Origin: Camelus dromedarius
Lineage: Eukaryota
Assembly: GCF_036321535.1 (NCBI RefSeq)
Contig: NC_087437.1
Location: 5,146,001 to 5,210,000, forward strand
DNA: 64,000 nt
Reading direction: 5' to 3'
Shown here piece by piece: positions 13,581-25,180 of this stretch (the stretch's first letter is position 1; every line of letters starts with the position of its first letter). Made by a program: the position numbers and the translations under genes. The notes under the pieces are model-generated. The model had not been told where the DNA came from. It searched no databases and was given only the letters and a program-made list of their open reading frames with translations.

Positions 13581-14109
13581 CCATCCCCTGGAAGCATGGC
13601 CACTGGCTTCTCCCTCCCTCTGTGCTGCAGAAAATTCCGCACAATGCAGATGGTGGTGAGGTCCCTAAGCTCCGCTTCCCCACACACTGCCACTCGACTT
13701 GCAAGCTCCTCTGACAATCTCTCTTCCACGTGCAGGTGGGAAGTTGGGCAGGCAGCCCTGTTCTCAGCTGTGGAGTGGGCTGACTGGCTGTGCAGACTCA
13801 CAGATGCCAGACAGATACCCAGTAGGCTCAGCTGATGTCTCATGAAAGGGAAGATGGCAAAACAGTGACAAGAAATCACTGGAGAACTCCATGAGCCACA
13901 AGGAACAATGGTCCTCAGACATCTGGTAAACCTTGAAGCTGGAGCATGAGGTGAGCTCACCAGGCAGACACGGAAGGGCCTCACCACGTGATGTCAGGGC
14001 AGAAGCCTAGGCGTCTCTAGGCACCCCCAGAAGGCTGAGGGTGCACGTGAGACAAAGATGCCGTTTCTCTGGGCTCATGCCCAATAGGTGGGGCTTCGGG
14101 CATCTTCTA

Positions 14110-14560
14110 CCAGAGAGGTTGCAGATGAGCAGCCCGCCGGCTGAACTTGGCTGGCCACCACGTTTTATTTGGCCTTAATGGTATATTTTAAAGTTTTAAA
14201 ATTTGTTGCCAGCTTTTACAAATTTGGGACTTCACATTTTTTTTAAATCTGAATTTTCCACTTTTCTTGAAAAATCAGAAGATTTAGCAAGTCTGGGCCT
14301 ATTTTCCTTCCTGGCAAAAATTAGCTGTGGCTGAGTAGCAGCTGCTCTTGTCAGACAGGGATAGACTGTCTCAGCTCACGCAGTCCCCACTGGCCCACCA
14401 CTCTTGCTTGTGTTACCTGCCTGGCTCCTGGAGGCACCTAAGGTCACAAGTTTCCAAGCCCTGGCCAGCCCATCTGTGGCAAGCACTCACACCTCTCCCA
14501 CGGCAGCAGTGGAAACCCGGCTGGGCGCCCACTGCCAGCATCTGTACCTCTCTGCCCGAG
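14110..14560. mobile_element. MER102-like hAT-Charlie element
   Basis: aaatctgaattttccacttttcttgaaaaatcagaagatttagcaa...gctgagtagcagctgc signature. A related fragment in opposite orientation lies at about 41803-42000. Confidence 0.55.
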
Positions 14561-14639
14561 GACTTCCTTTGGTAACCAGCCCCTCTGTGTCCTCCCCATT
14601 AGGCACCCTCGACAGCACTTCACATGAATATCACAACAG

Positions 14640-16390
14640 CTTACTTTTTCACTTTTACAGATTGATCCATGTCGATTCCTGTAGATTTAGATCACTAGTT
14701 CTAACTGCACAGGACTTCATTATATGACATTAGATGAACATCTGGGTTATTTTATACTTTTTGCTATTACAGTGCTTCAGTAAATACCCTTGTACACTTT
14801 TTTTCTGTGAACATAAACAGAAGTTTCTCCCAGAAGTAGAGATTGCGTTGTAGAGTATCTGTGGCTTCAATGTGACTGGATGTCACCAGAATACTCAGCA
14901 GAGGGGACCAACTCCCACCAGTAGCATGTGACAGTCCCTTTCCCCCACAGCTTTGACTGACTTGCTATTATCAGACTTTTTAATTTTTGTCGATCTATGT
15001 CTAGACTCTCCATTCTGTTCCATTGATCTGCTCATTCATGTGCCAATACCACATTATTTTAATTATTGTAGCTTTGTAAATCTAGACATTGGGTGAGAGA
15101 GATTTCTCTCCTTGTTCTTCATAATTAGCTTGTCTATTCTTGGTTCTTTTTTTAGTATTTCTTTTCTTTTCTTTATGGCAGTACTGAGGATTGAACCCAG
15201 GACCTCGTGCATACTAAGCATATGCTCTGCCACTGAGCTACACCCTCCCTGCCTATTCTTGCTTCTTTACCCATTCATAAGGATTGTAGGGTAGCTTGTG
15301 AAATCTGTGGGAAGCTCAGCGAGGGTTCTGAATATAATGATAGTGAGTTTATAGGTTAGTGTGAGGTGACTGACAGCCTGATGATGTTGGGTCTTTTCGC
15401 CCAGGATCGTGCCATCTCTCCAGGTTACTTTTATTCCTTCAATAAAATGTATAGTTTCCCCCATAAATTTTGTAAGTTTTATTACTAGGCACTTCAGAGT
15501 TTCTGTTGCCGAGATACCATTTCTCACTTATGAGGAAGAAAATAAAAAAGGTTCATAGCACTCTATCCTGGTCAGATTCTGGGGAAACAGGCATTCTCAT
15601 ATTTTATTAGTACAAGTGTGCACTAATACAACCACTCTGGAGTACAATTTGTAATAACTCTAAATTTTTTAAGGCACATTTTCTTTGACCCAGAAATTCC
15701 GCTTCCAGGAATTCACAAATATATGCACATATATATGAGATTTCGTGTGTATAATGATATTAAAGGCAACATTATTCTAAGAGCAAAGAATTAGTAACAA
15801 CCAAATGTGCACTGATAGAAGATGGTTAAATCAACCACTGAGTAGTTTTTCCATTTAATGAAATACTATGTGGTCATTAAATAAATTAAGGCAGATTGAC
15901 AAATACTAGGTGGGATATGTCCAAGATTTTTATTTTTTTCTTCTTATTTACTTTGGGTTTAGTTTGCTGTTCTTGTTGAAGTATCTTAAGGTGGTAGGTT
16001 AGTTTATTAAGTTGAATTTTTTCTTCTTTTCTGCAGTAAGCACTTACAGCTATAAATTTCCCTCTAAGACTGCTTTAGCCACATCCGATGAGTTTTGGTA
16101 TGTTGTATCTTCACTTTCATTTATTTTGAAGAATTTTCTAAGTTCTCATATAATTTCTTCTTTGACTCATTTGTTATTAAGGAATGTGTTTAATTTCTAC
16201 ATATTTATACATTTCTAAAATTTCTTTCTAACTTCTAGCCTCATCCCATTTTGGCTGGAGAACACACTTTGTATGATCTCCGTCCTTTTGGCTATATTGA
16301 GATGTGTTTGATGGTTTAGTGTATGGTCGATCCTAAAGAATTTTCCCACATGCCCGTGAGAAAAATGTCTACTTCACTGTTGGTAGGTGA
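14640..16390. mobile_element. Patchwork of old L1M fragments
   Basis: L1-like phrases such as ctagactctccattctgttccattgatct..tgtgccaataccacatt, ctttgacccagaaattccgcttccaggaatt and gctataaatttccctctaagactgctttagc. Orientation is mixed. Confidence 0.65.
15143..15249 (-). mobile_element. tRNA-derived camelid-type SINE (Vic-1-like)
   Basis: Reverse complement reads GGGAGGGTGTAGCTCAGTGGCAGAGC..GGTTCAATCC (A/B boxes). TSD TG(T/C)CTATTCTTG at 15131-15142 and 15250-15261. Confidence 0.85.
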
Positions 16391-19300
16391 GGTGCAGTGA
16401 CACCTCTAAAATCTTTCCTTTTCTTGCCCTGCTCTCCCTTCCCTGCAGTTATTTCAGACCACCTCCCCCTCTAAGCTTGAAATCGCTCACTCTCATGCTC
16501 AGTCCATTGCCTTGCTTTGTTTGTGTCCTCATCCTCCCCACGCTCCCCTCTGTATCACACAGATCAGCTTAGCCCCTCTCTCCTCCTCTCTATTCTCCAC
16601 TTTTCCTGTCAGTCACATTCTCCCAGAACAAAATAGAACCTGAGAACAGACTCAGGCACCAGTCCACTCTCTTTCCCCAGCCTCCTTAGCTCCATCTCTG
16701 TCCATTTTCCTGAATCTATGTTACAAAAATCCCAGGGCTGAGGCCGACGAGGAGAGAACTCTCCATGTGGTTGGAACTCTCCATATGGTTCCAATGAACT
16801 GGTGAAGACACAGATCTTCCTTCCAGACCCACTTTCCATGGATCACAGACTGCATGGGAGATGGCTGTGAGCAAAGTCTCAATTGTCCATGGCTGGACTA
16901 CTGTCCTCCCTCAAAGCCACCTGCTGGAAAGTCTCCCTCAGCCCTGCCTGTGCCCAGCAGAACCAAATGCCAGGCTTTTAGTGCAGCAGCCTCAAAGTTG
17001 GGAATCACTTTGGCTTTAATTCATTATTAACACACTCCTGAAAGCCCTTGGAAGTGACAGCACCAGCAGACGCCAAGAACACAAGCTCTTACAGCCTGTG
17101 GACGGGTGGAAAGGTAACTGCAGTCTTGCTGCTCATCTCCAGGCCTGGAGAAATATCAGACCTCTACATTTTATTTTGTGTTCTTCATAGTTACCCAAAT
17201 ATTAGCTTGTACATGGCTCCGTGCTTGCTTCCAGCACGGTGTTTGTTTATAATCACATGAGGACCTGGCTCACTGGCCCCATCTTACTCATCTTTCTACC
17301 CTCCATCCCACGCCCCCTGCCTGGCGTGTAGTGAATATTCAGTAATGTTTGCAGAAAGGATGGAGACAACATAATAATGAATGCACCCAGTAGGGCTTTC
17401 CTGTGCTTTCCCAATAGAACAGTTGCAGGCACGGCCAACCTAACCTACTGGTTACATCACTCATCTTCCAGCCTCAAAATGGACTCCAAGTCCTGTGGAA
17501 TTATTCATCCAGGTACTGTCTCAAAAGTTTGGCAGTATCTTTAATGCCTGCGACCCCACTTCAGTGTTGTGATCTGCAAGGCCTGTCTCCAGTGTACACT
17601 ACAGATGTGCACAGACGCATGCATGCACACACACACTAAATATTTTCTAATTTGAGTCCAGCGGATTGTATGTTTCTGCACCTAGTTTCTACACTCGGGC
17701 AGGAAGTGGATCTTTGTTCTCAGAATTAGAGGAATAATGAAGACAGAGATGCACTGGTCTCTGAGACCCCTTAGACCTTCAGAGATGCCTGGAACTCAAA
17801 TGTGGGGTACAATTCTTGAGGTGTTTTGCTCCCCATAATTTCTTTCGCATCACAACCCTTTTCCCGTCCCGACAACAGCATCTCCTCTCCTTCCCCGGGG
17901 GAGAGGGTGGCACTGCAAGAAGCTGATCACACAGGGTCAACTGCTCGGCTTCTGAGGTTGAACAGACCAAATCGGGACAGAAACCAAAGAATCTGGAAGA
18001 AAAGAATTTTGAAGAGTAACACAGAGCCTCGCTGTCCTGCCCCAGAGCCAGAGTTCCCCTGAGCAAAGGCTGTCACGAGAGAGATGGTGGCATTGATAGT
18101 GTCTGATGTCACCAGAGAGGGCTCCTGTCGTCACAGTAAGAAGGGTGGTCTCAGTTCAGAGGACAAGAGAGTCACTGGTGGCCGAGGAGATGGAAGAAAC
18201 AAGGGAAGGTCTCCAGGAGTGCCCGCAACGTGCAGCTGAAACGCCCACCACCTGCCCGTTTCTGGAGTTACTTTTCTGGCACACGCGCCACCAGGAGCTG
18301 ATGGGAGTTACCAGGAGCCTTGCTTCTGGGCTCAGCCATGTGCAGATTTGGGGCACGGTGATTGCCCGAGCCTGGGCCCCCCAGACAGGCAGCGCCAGGA
18401 TGCCCTTGCCTCCTGGTCACTCCATCTGGAGATGTGGGAGGTAGCCTGGGCCCGGGTCGGGAAGCTGGCTGCTCCCTCCAGTCCTGGTGACTCTGAAAAG
18501 CCTGCGGGGTGTGGGGAAGTCTCGGTCTGACGCTGTGGTCCCTGTAACACTTGCTACATCATCCACAAGCGAGGCCTCTTCCTTTAACGGTGTAAGGAAC
18601 ATTTCGGGGTCCCATGGGTGGCCATTAGAGTGCATTTCCCCGGGAGCCTGGGGCAAGGGCAGCATGGCCGAGCCCTGCCATCCCAGACGGCCCTTCCCAA
18701 CCCGAGCCATCCCAGCAGGTGTGGGCCAGTTTGAGAGTTTCTGAGGGGACTCTGTCCATTTGGAGAGGACCTGGAAATTTTATTTAAGTCTACCTATAGG
18801 GCCGGCTTCAAGTGTCATCCTTGGATTAAGAGCTGTGTGGAAAGCTTTTAGGGCTGATTCAAATCCCAGAATCTCAGAGGACACACAGAATCAGGACAGA
18901 TAGTTGACTCTATACTCATTGACAAATATTTACTGAGTGTCTGCTCTGTGCCAGGAACAGGTCCAGTCTCTGGGGAAACGGCAGTGAACAGATGGAACCC
19001 GTCCCCGGGTGGAGCTAACCTTTTATGGAGGTGAGGGGGAGCTGACAAAGAACTGAGTACCTTACTCACCGAGTGCTAAGGGGCACGGACTCTCAGAGAG
19101 AGCAGAGGATGAGGACAGAGGATGCCACATGTGGATGGAGGAGCCTCCGATGGGAAAAGGTGGGTCAGGCAGGCCTCACTGAGTAGGTGACGTTAGAGTA
19201 AACACGAAAGTGGAGAAATGAGTTGATATGGCTGGGTTTCCTGGGAAAGAGCTAGCAAGTGGAGGGTAGGCCAGGGAAAGGGGCGAGGCCGGGGTTACTG

Positions 19301-19457
19301 CAGAGGGTGGGGGAGAGCTCTCTGCCTGGAGGGTGGAGACCTGCATGGTTCTCCGGAAGCCTTTGGAATTGAAACTTTCTATCCCATCATCCTCCTGAAC
19401 CTCCAGATGTCCCAGAAATTCTAAACTACATCTCCCAGAATGCCTGCCACCTGCACC

Positions 19458-20024
19458 TGTCATCCAGGAAAACGTGGGGCGAGAGGATGGCCGGGTCCCA
19501 GGTCGCGGTCAAGCCCCTGGGATGTGCCCCATCGAGTAAGGGTCTTTGACTTCATCCAGGAGAGAATTCAAGAGCGAGCCACAGTTGAGTAAAAGTAGAT
19601 TTTTTCAGAGATACACCCTCCACAGACAGAGTGCAGGCAGTCCCAGGCAGAAGGGAGTGCAGCCACGGGGTGCGGGGTTGTTGGTTTCTATGGGCTCGGG
19701 AACTTCAGGTACTAACAAGCGGGGGGATTACTCCAGCTTCTTTGGGGAAGGGGCGGAGATTCCCAGGAGTTGGGCCACTGCCCCTTTTTTGACCTTTTAT
19801 GGTCAGCCTGGGGACTGTCGTGGTACCTGTGGGCGTGTCACTCACTATGTTAATATGTCACAATGAGTGTATAACGAAGCTCAAGTTCAAGGTCCACTGG
19901 AAGCCAGATCTCCCCCCATCCTGGGCCTCAGGGTCTACTGAGAGTTGAATTTTCCACCATCTTGGTGTTACTGGCTGTGTCATGCCTTGAATGGCTGTGC
20001 CCTGTCCCCTCCCCTCGTGTCTCA
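19458..20024 (-). mobile_element. Solo ERV1-type LTR
   Basis: About 570 bp, TGT...gtctCA termini. Contains agaattcaagagcgagccacagttgagtaaaagtagattt, typical of the minus-strand U5/R of ERV1 LTRs. No clean TSD. Confidence 0.6.
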
Positions 20025-20299
20025 CCTGAAAGCCCTACAGCCCCCTCCCCCAGGACACCCTGACATGAGATTTGGGAAACACAGTATGGTCCAACCCTGC
20101 GATTCCTCCGTGCTGTCTGTCAGGCACTACGCTGGGCTCGTGACACGCTGTTTTCACTTCTGACTCTGAGTGGCTTCAGGGAACACACACACACACACAG
20201 GAAGCAACAACTGAATCCAGTGGAAAATCATTTTTTCCCACGAGATGTTTACGCTCACCATCTAAGAGCAAAATCAGACTGGAAACAATGAGCAAGTCC

Positions 20300-21502
20300 C
20301 TTCAGGAACTCCCCACCCCACGCCTGCTTCCCGCCAGCCTGGCCGCCCCACAGTGGTCAGAGGTCCACCTTGACAGTCAGTCTTCCCTAATCCATCCGTT
20401 CCACCAGACGCCCGAAGCCTCTGAGCGCTGGCTTCCCAGCTCCCTCCCTCTGCATCACTCCCTGGGGTCCTCAAACACCCATGTGCACCACCCTGGCGTC
20501 TGACTTTATATCTGCAGGCCAGACCTGCCCCCTGCCCTCCAGCCACCATCTGTCCCTCCGAATCCATACATCCAGGTCCTTCCACTCCCTTTGGCTTGGA
20601 AATGCCACCTCCAGCTTCACATGTCCCCACGGAGCCACCAGTGCTCATCCCCGTCCCTGCTCATTTCCATTGATGGCATCTTCCAACGGCTCAGACTAAG
20701 GACTTGGGGTCATCCTTGACTCTCTCACACCTCACATCAGTTTGCCAACAACTCCTACGGGTTCTTCCTTAAAACACATCAGGAGGCTGACCACTTCTCC
20801 CGGCTCCCTGAGGCCACGCCAGGTCCACGCCCTTATCCTGTCTAACTGCAGTAACTCCTTGGTGGAGCCTCCTGCTTCTGCCCTGTCCACCCCCCCCCAC
20901 CCTACCCCAACTTGGTCTAATCTCAGCACAGAAGGCAGAGCGGTCTTGTTAATATCCAAGTCCATTGTGTCCTCTGCTTACAACCCTCCAAAGGCTCCCA
21001 TCTGACTCTGACCAAAAGCCAAAATCCCTGCAATACCCTCTAAAGTTCTATGTGATCCCCACCCCCTTACCTCTCTCATTCCATCCCACCCTGCCCACAC
21101 TGTTCCAGCCACCTGGGCCCTCTGCTGGCACTCAAAAGGCCAGGTACACTCTCACGTCAACCTCAGGACCTTTGCATGAGGTGTCCTCTCCACCCCAAAT
21201 GCTCATCCTCACAACTGCCCAGCCCTCCTCCTTACACAGAGGCTTCCGTGAAGCCATCCCTCGCTCAGTGTCCACTGTCAGCCCCCAGCCCATGCTCTCC
21301 AGCGCCCTTCCCTGCTTTATTTTTCTCCTTAGCCCTTGCCACCACCTGTCTCACTGTATATTTAAATTATCAGTCTGTCCATCTGTCTCTCCCACTACAT
21401 TGTAAGCTCCACAAGGCACACATTTCACTCTGTTTTATTTGCTGTTATAGTCCCAGTCCCCAGGATAGTTTTGGCTCATGAATATTCATTGGTTGAATGA
21501 AG
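20300..21502 (+). mobile_element. LINE-2 3' fragment directly upstream of the GALNT15 promoter
   Basis: C/T-rich L2 phrases (gtcatccttgactctct, cctcaggacctttgcat, tgtaagctccacaagg) ending in the L2 tail aatattcattggttgaatgaa. Confidence 0.8.
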
Positions 21503-21519
21503 GAAGTCTACAACTGAAG

Positions 21520-23200
21520 GAGCATGGCCCTCCTCTTCCGGCATCCGCCTCAACCCAGTGGCCAACTGAGGGGATGGCATTCAGATGCTCCCGTGGGTTA
21601 TTCACAAGAGCATCTCCCCAGCTTCCCTCCTTTTCAAAAGGATGAGGACAGGGGTCTTCAGCGACGGAGGGAGGGTCCAGCCTACCTTTACAGGATCACC
21701 TGTGGGAGGCTGTGGCTGCAAACAGCCGGCCCCCTGCATTTCCGTCACAGGTGCAGCCTTTCCGAAATCCGAAATCCGGAGAGAAAACTTTTCCCCGCCC
21801 CTTTGGGTGGAGAAAGACGCCTTCCATCCGAACTCCTGGGACGATCCCGTCTGGGTGTGGTCCTAGCGGTGACGGCGCTTATTTTCCCCGGAGTCGTGTT
21901 CCGTGGGGCTGCTCAGAGCTTGGGAACAGTGAGGGCGTTAGGACCAGGGGCGAGGCGCTCGCCTGGCTGGGTCTGGCAGAGGTCCTCGGGCTGGCTGAGC
22001 GCGGAGCTCTGTGCCAAAGGGAATCAGGGCTGCCTGCCGGCTTCACATCTGTTGATCTGACCTGACTTGAAGGGTCCAAAGGAGGACGGCTGTCAGCTCG
22101 GCTGGACGGCGGACCCACCAGCTCCCCCAGGCATCTCGTAGCAACCTGACCTTTCACGCAAGGGGGGAGAGGAAACACGTGGGACTAGACACCTGAGCAG
22201 AACGGAATCATTATTTTTTTCCCAAAGGAAAAGGGGCTGAAAGGGGGCAAACGTTCAGTTTGAAGTCCCTGTGAATGGGCTTTCAGAAGGCAATTAAAGA
22301 CACCCGCTGAGAGAGGAGCCGGGGTGGGACTTGGGTCCGTGGCTTTCTGATTGTGAGTGGACACCGGTCTTACACACGCTGCTGGCAAGTGTCAGTCGTG
22401 GGGTGGGTGGGGAGGGAAGGAGCAGGTTAAGGGACCGGCAAAACACTTCCAGGTGGAACCAGGAACCCAGGTTCTGCGGCTTGAAGGAACCTGGCGCCGG
22501 AGGAGAAAGGGAACTTGAACATGACCTGTTGCGTTTGGCAAGTTCCAGCAACATGCTCGTAAGAAAGCGGCTCCGGCACGGCCCCTGCGGACTGCGGGCC
22601 CTGCTGCTGCTGCTCCTGTCGCTGGGATGCGCGCTGCTGATGCTGGCCGCGCTGCACCCTCCCCCGCACGCCCTGCCCCGGGCGGTCACAGCCCAGGGCG
22701 CCGAGCGCAGCCCCGATGCTGGGTACCGCCTGGACTTCGGGGAACCCCAGGAGTGGGTGCTGGAGTCCGAGGATGAGGGCCAAGAGTACGGCCCCCTGGG
22801 GGGCCTGCCGCCCTTCATCTCGCTGCGGGAGGATCAGCTCCTGGTGGCCGTGGCCTCGCCCAGGGGCAGAAGAAACCGGAGCGAGGGCAGGAGAGGTGGC
22901 AGCTACCGGCTCATCAAGCAGCCAAGCAGGAAGCAGGATGAAGACGCCGCGGAGAGGGACTGGGCGGCCGAGGAGGAGGAGGATGGAGAGGCGTCAGAAG
23001 ATGATGAGCTGACCCCGCTCGGCCTGGAGGAGGCGCTCAGTGCCCGCATCCCCCTGCAGAGGGCGCTGCCTGAGGTACGGCATCCGCTGTAAGTAAGGCC
23101 CTCGCTTCCCCTTCCCCCGGTTCTGGAGCGCAACCAGCAAGCTTGGGGCTGCAGACTTCGTGCGCTCTGCCTCCACTGGCTTAGGGCGGCGCTTCTCCAG
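21520..23200 (+). promoter_or_regulatory. CpG-rich promoter/5'UTR/exon 1 region of GALNT15
   Basis: Visibly higher GC and CpG than the flanks, running from the end of an L2 remnant through exon 1. No obvious TATA box; the TSS cannot be placed. Confidence 0.6.
22553..23088 (+). CDS. GALNT15: GALNT15 coding exon 1 (cytoplasmic tail, type II TM helix, stem)
   Basis: ATG in gcaacATGc context. Encodes MLVRKRLRHGPCGLRALLLLLLSLGCALLMLAAL...ALSARIPLQRALPEVRHP(L), matching the recalled GALNT15 N-terminus. Donor CT|gtaagt, phase 2; 536 nt. Confidence 0.95.
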
Positions 23201-23311
23201 GTGTGGTCCAGCAGCAGCATCACCTGGGGACTTGTTAGCAGTGCAGGGGCAGACTCTCTGGGTGGGGTACGGCGGTCTGCCTTGAACCAGGCCTCCAGGT
23301 GAGAACCACTG
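23190..23311. mobile_element. MER5-like hAT fragment at the start of intron 1
   Basis: gtgtggtcc..agcagcatcacctggggacttgttag...cctccaggtgagaaccactg. Confidence 0.6.
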
Positions 23312-23534
23312 TCCTAGAGACAGAAAAGGAGGAACTCTTGTCCCTTCTCTTCCCACCCTGGGTTCTAGTTCTTCCGTCTCGGGCTTCTCAGGTCAAACAG
23401 CCTTATCTCTACAACACAGAGGGGCCTGGGAGCACCTGTTCTCCAAGACACTTCCAGTTCTAACTCTGATGCTAGCACATTTTGATATTAGGATGGTTGT
23501 GTTTGCTTTTATTTTGGATGAAAGCAACAATCAC

Positions 23535-23755
23535 AGCTAGCACTCGTGTGGCACTGGCCTTGAGCCTGGCTTTAATCAAAGAGTTTTTCATGTATTAACT
23601 CATAAAGTCCTTACAACTCTGTAGGATGGGTGCTAGCACTACCATGATGCCTACTTTATAGGTATGAAAATAAGGCACAGAGAGGGCAAGTGACCTGCCC
23701 ACAGTCACACAGCTAGTAGGTGCCAAAGCAGGGATTTGCTCCAATCTGCCTGAAC
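23535..23755 (-). mobile_element. MIR SINE
   Basis: MIR core tttataggtatgaaaataaggcacagagagggcaagtgacctgcccacagtcacacagctagtaggtgccaaagcagggatttg. Further MIR pieces near 27130-27290, 35580-35730, 36450-36620, 43250-43325, 60560-60690 and 63390-63570. Confidence 0.85.
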
Positions 23756-24579
23756 CCTCCCCTCTATGCCCCCTTCCTTAGTCCACTAGACTGTGGGGAC
23801 AGTTCCAGGGCACAGAAGCTAGAATACAGTGCTGTTGCACCTGACCTGGCAGGGTGGCCCACCCCTAGGAGGCAAGCTGGGAAGTGTGAAGACATGCAGG
23901 CTGTGTCCAGGGAGATGGTGGGCTCATCCTGGACCCCATCTGCCCTGCCCACCATCACCATGGCTGGCCCAGGGGAGGGGTCTGGTTACCAGCATCCAGG
24001 GGCAATGCAGCTAGTTAGCTGGGTGGTGGAGGTCCCTTCGCTGTAAGCACTGCTCTTTTCAGAGGGTTTCCTGGGCAGCAGAGCCACCGAGGATCAGATT
24101 ACAGCAGAGGTCGGGAGCAGGACCACTGCTCGCATCCCTGAAGGGTTCCTCTGAGCCTGGCCACTCAGCCACTTGCCGCCAGGCATACGCAGATGCAGGT
24201 CGGCCCAAGGTTGAAGCCTCCTTAGATTGTGTACCCGGTGCCTCACTCAACTCACTGTAGCCCCAGCCCAGCTGCTCTGACTCCAATTGTGGCTGAAACA
24301 GCTCTTTTCAGGAAACTCTCAGACCTAGCCAGGCCCAACCATCACAGTTTTATGCTCTCTGCAGCTTTAATTCATAACGCTCATTACAACTGCAGCTAAA
24401 TGGTCATTGTTGTGCTGCCTGGTGAAGTCCCAGCACACAGGAAAGATGTGGTTGCTGAATGAATGAGTGTATCATTCTCCAGTTCTTTTGATGATACATT
24501 TTTTTCACTGGCCTAGAGCAAGAATGTTTTCCCAATGAGAAACATTGCCTCAGCCAGGAGAGTCTCTGGCTTCCCAAGC

Positions 24580-25065
24580 TGTGAGTGTATGTGTGGCTGT
24601 GTGTGTTTGCATCATGCAAGTGTGGGTGCACTGGGTTGTGTGTGTGTTAAACGGATGTTGTGCATATGTGCTGTGTGTAGTGTGTTAGTGGTGCCTGTGT
24701 CTGCTGTGGTGTGAGGTGCACAGGGACCCGCTGTGTGATGTGTTGTCACGTGGGCATATGTGTCGTCGGTGTGTTCATGTTCATGTATGAACCACTGTGC
24801 TGTGTGGCACACGTGTGTCGTGTGTGCGCACATGGCATGGCATGCACGTGCATTTTGCATGTGTGCTTGTGCGTGTTGCGCATGTGCTTTGTGTGAGTGT
24901 GCTGCATGGGTTATAAATGTGCAAATGGTACGTGTGCACATTTGCAAGTGTCTGTGTTATGCTTGTGGTTTGAAGTGCATGAGTGTGTGTTGTGCACGTG
25001 TGCATGTGTGGGTACATTTTGTCTTGTGTGTGCACGGGTGCACGTGTGGATGTGTGTGCACCGCT
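24580..25065. repeat. Degenerate (TG/CA)-rich low-complexity tract in intron 1
   Basis: About 490 bp of tgtgtg/tgca/catg/cacgtg alternations. Source of the Cys/Val and His/Thr-rich spurious ORFs. Confidence 0.9.
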
Positions 25066-25090
25066 TCTGTGGTTGCTGCTCTCTTCCAGC

Positions 25091-25180
25091 CAGGGTGACC
25101 AACTCGGCCCAGTTTGCCTAGGACTTTTCCGTCATAGAAACCCCTCAGTCCCCAGGCAAATCAGGACGGTTGATCGCCCC
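25091..25180. mobile_element. MER81/MER94-like hAT-Blackjack MITE
   Basis: Inverted termini AGGGTGACCAAC...GTTGATCGCCC. Related pieces near 387-490 and 8140-8230. Confidence 0.65.

Noticed and set aside
25011..25025. Glucocorticoid response element-like GGTACAtttTGTCTT (also AGAATCcttTGTTCT at 10675)
   Set aside because: Both miss normally invariant positions and lie in repeats. My non-exhaustive scan by eye found no perfect GRE; a PWM scan is needed.
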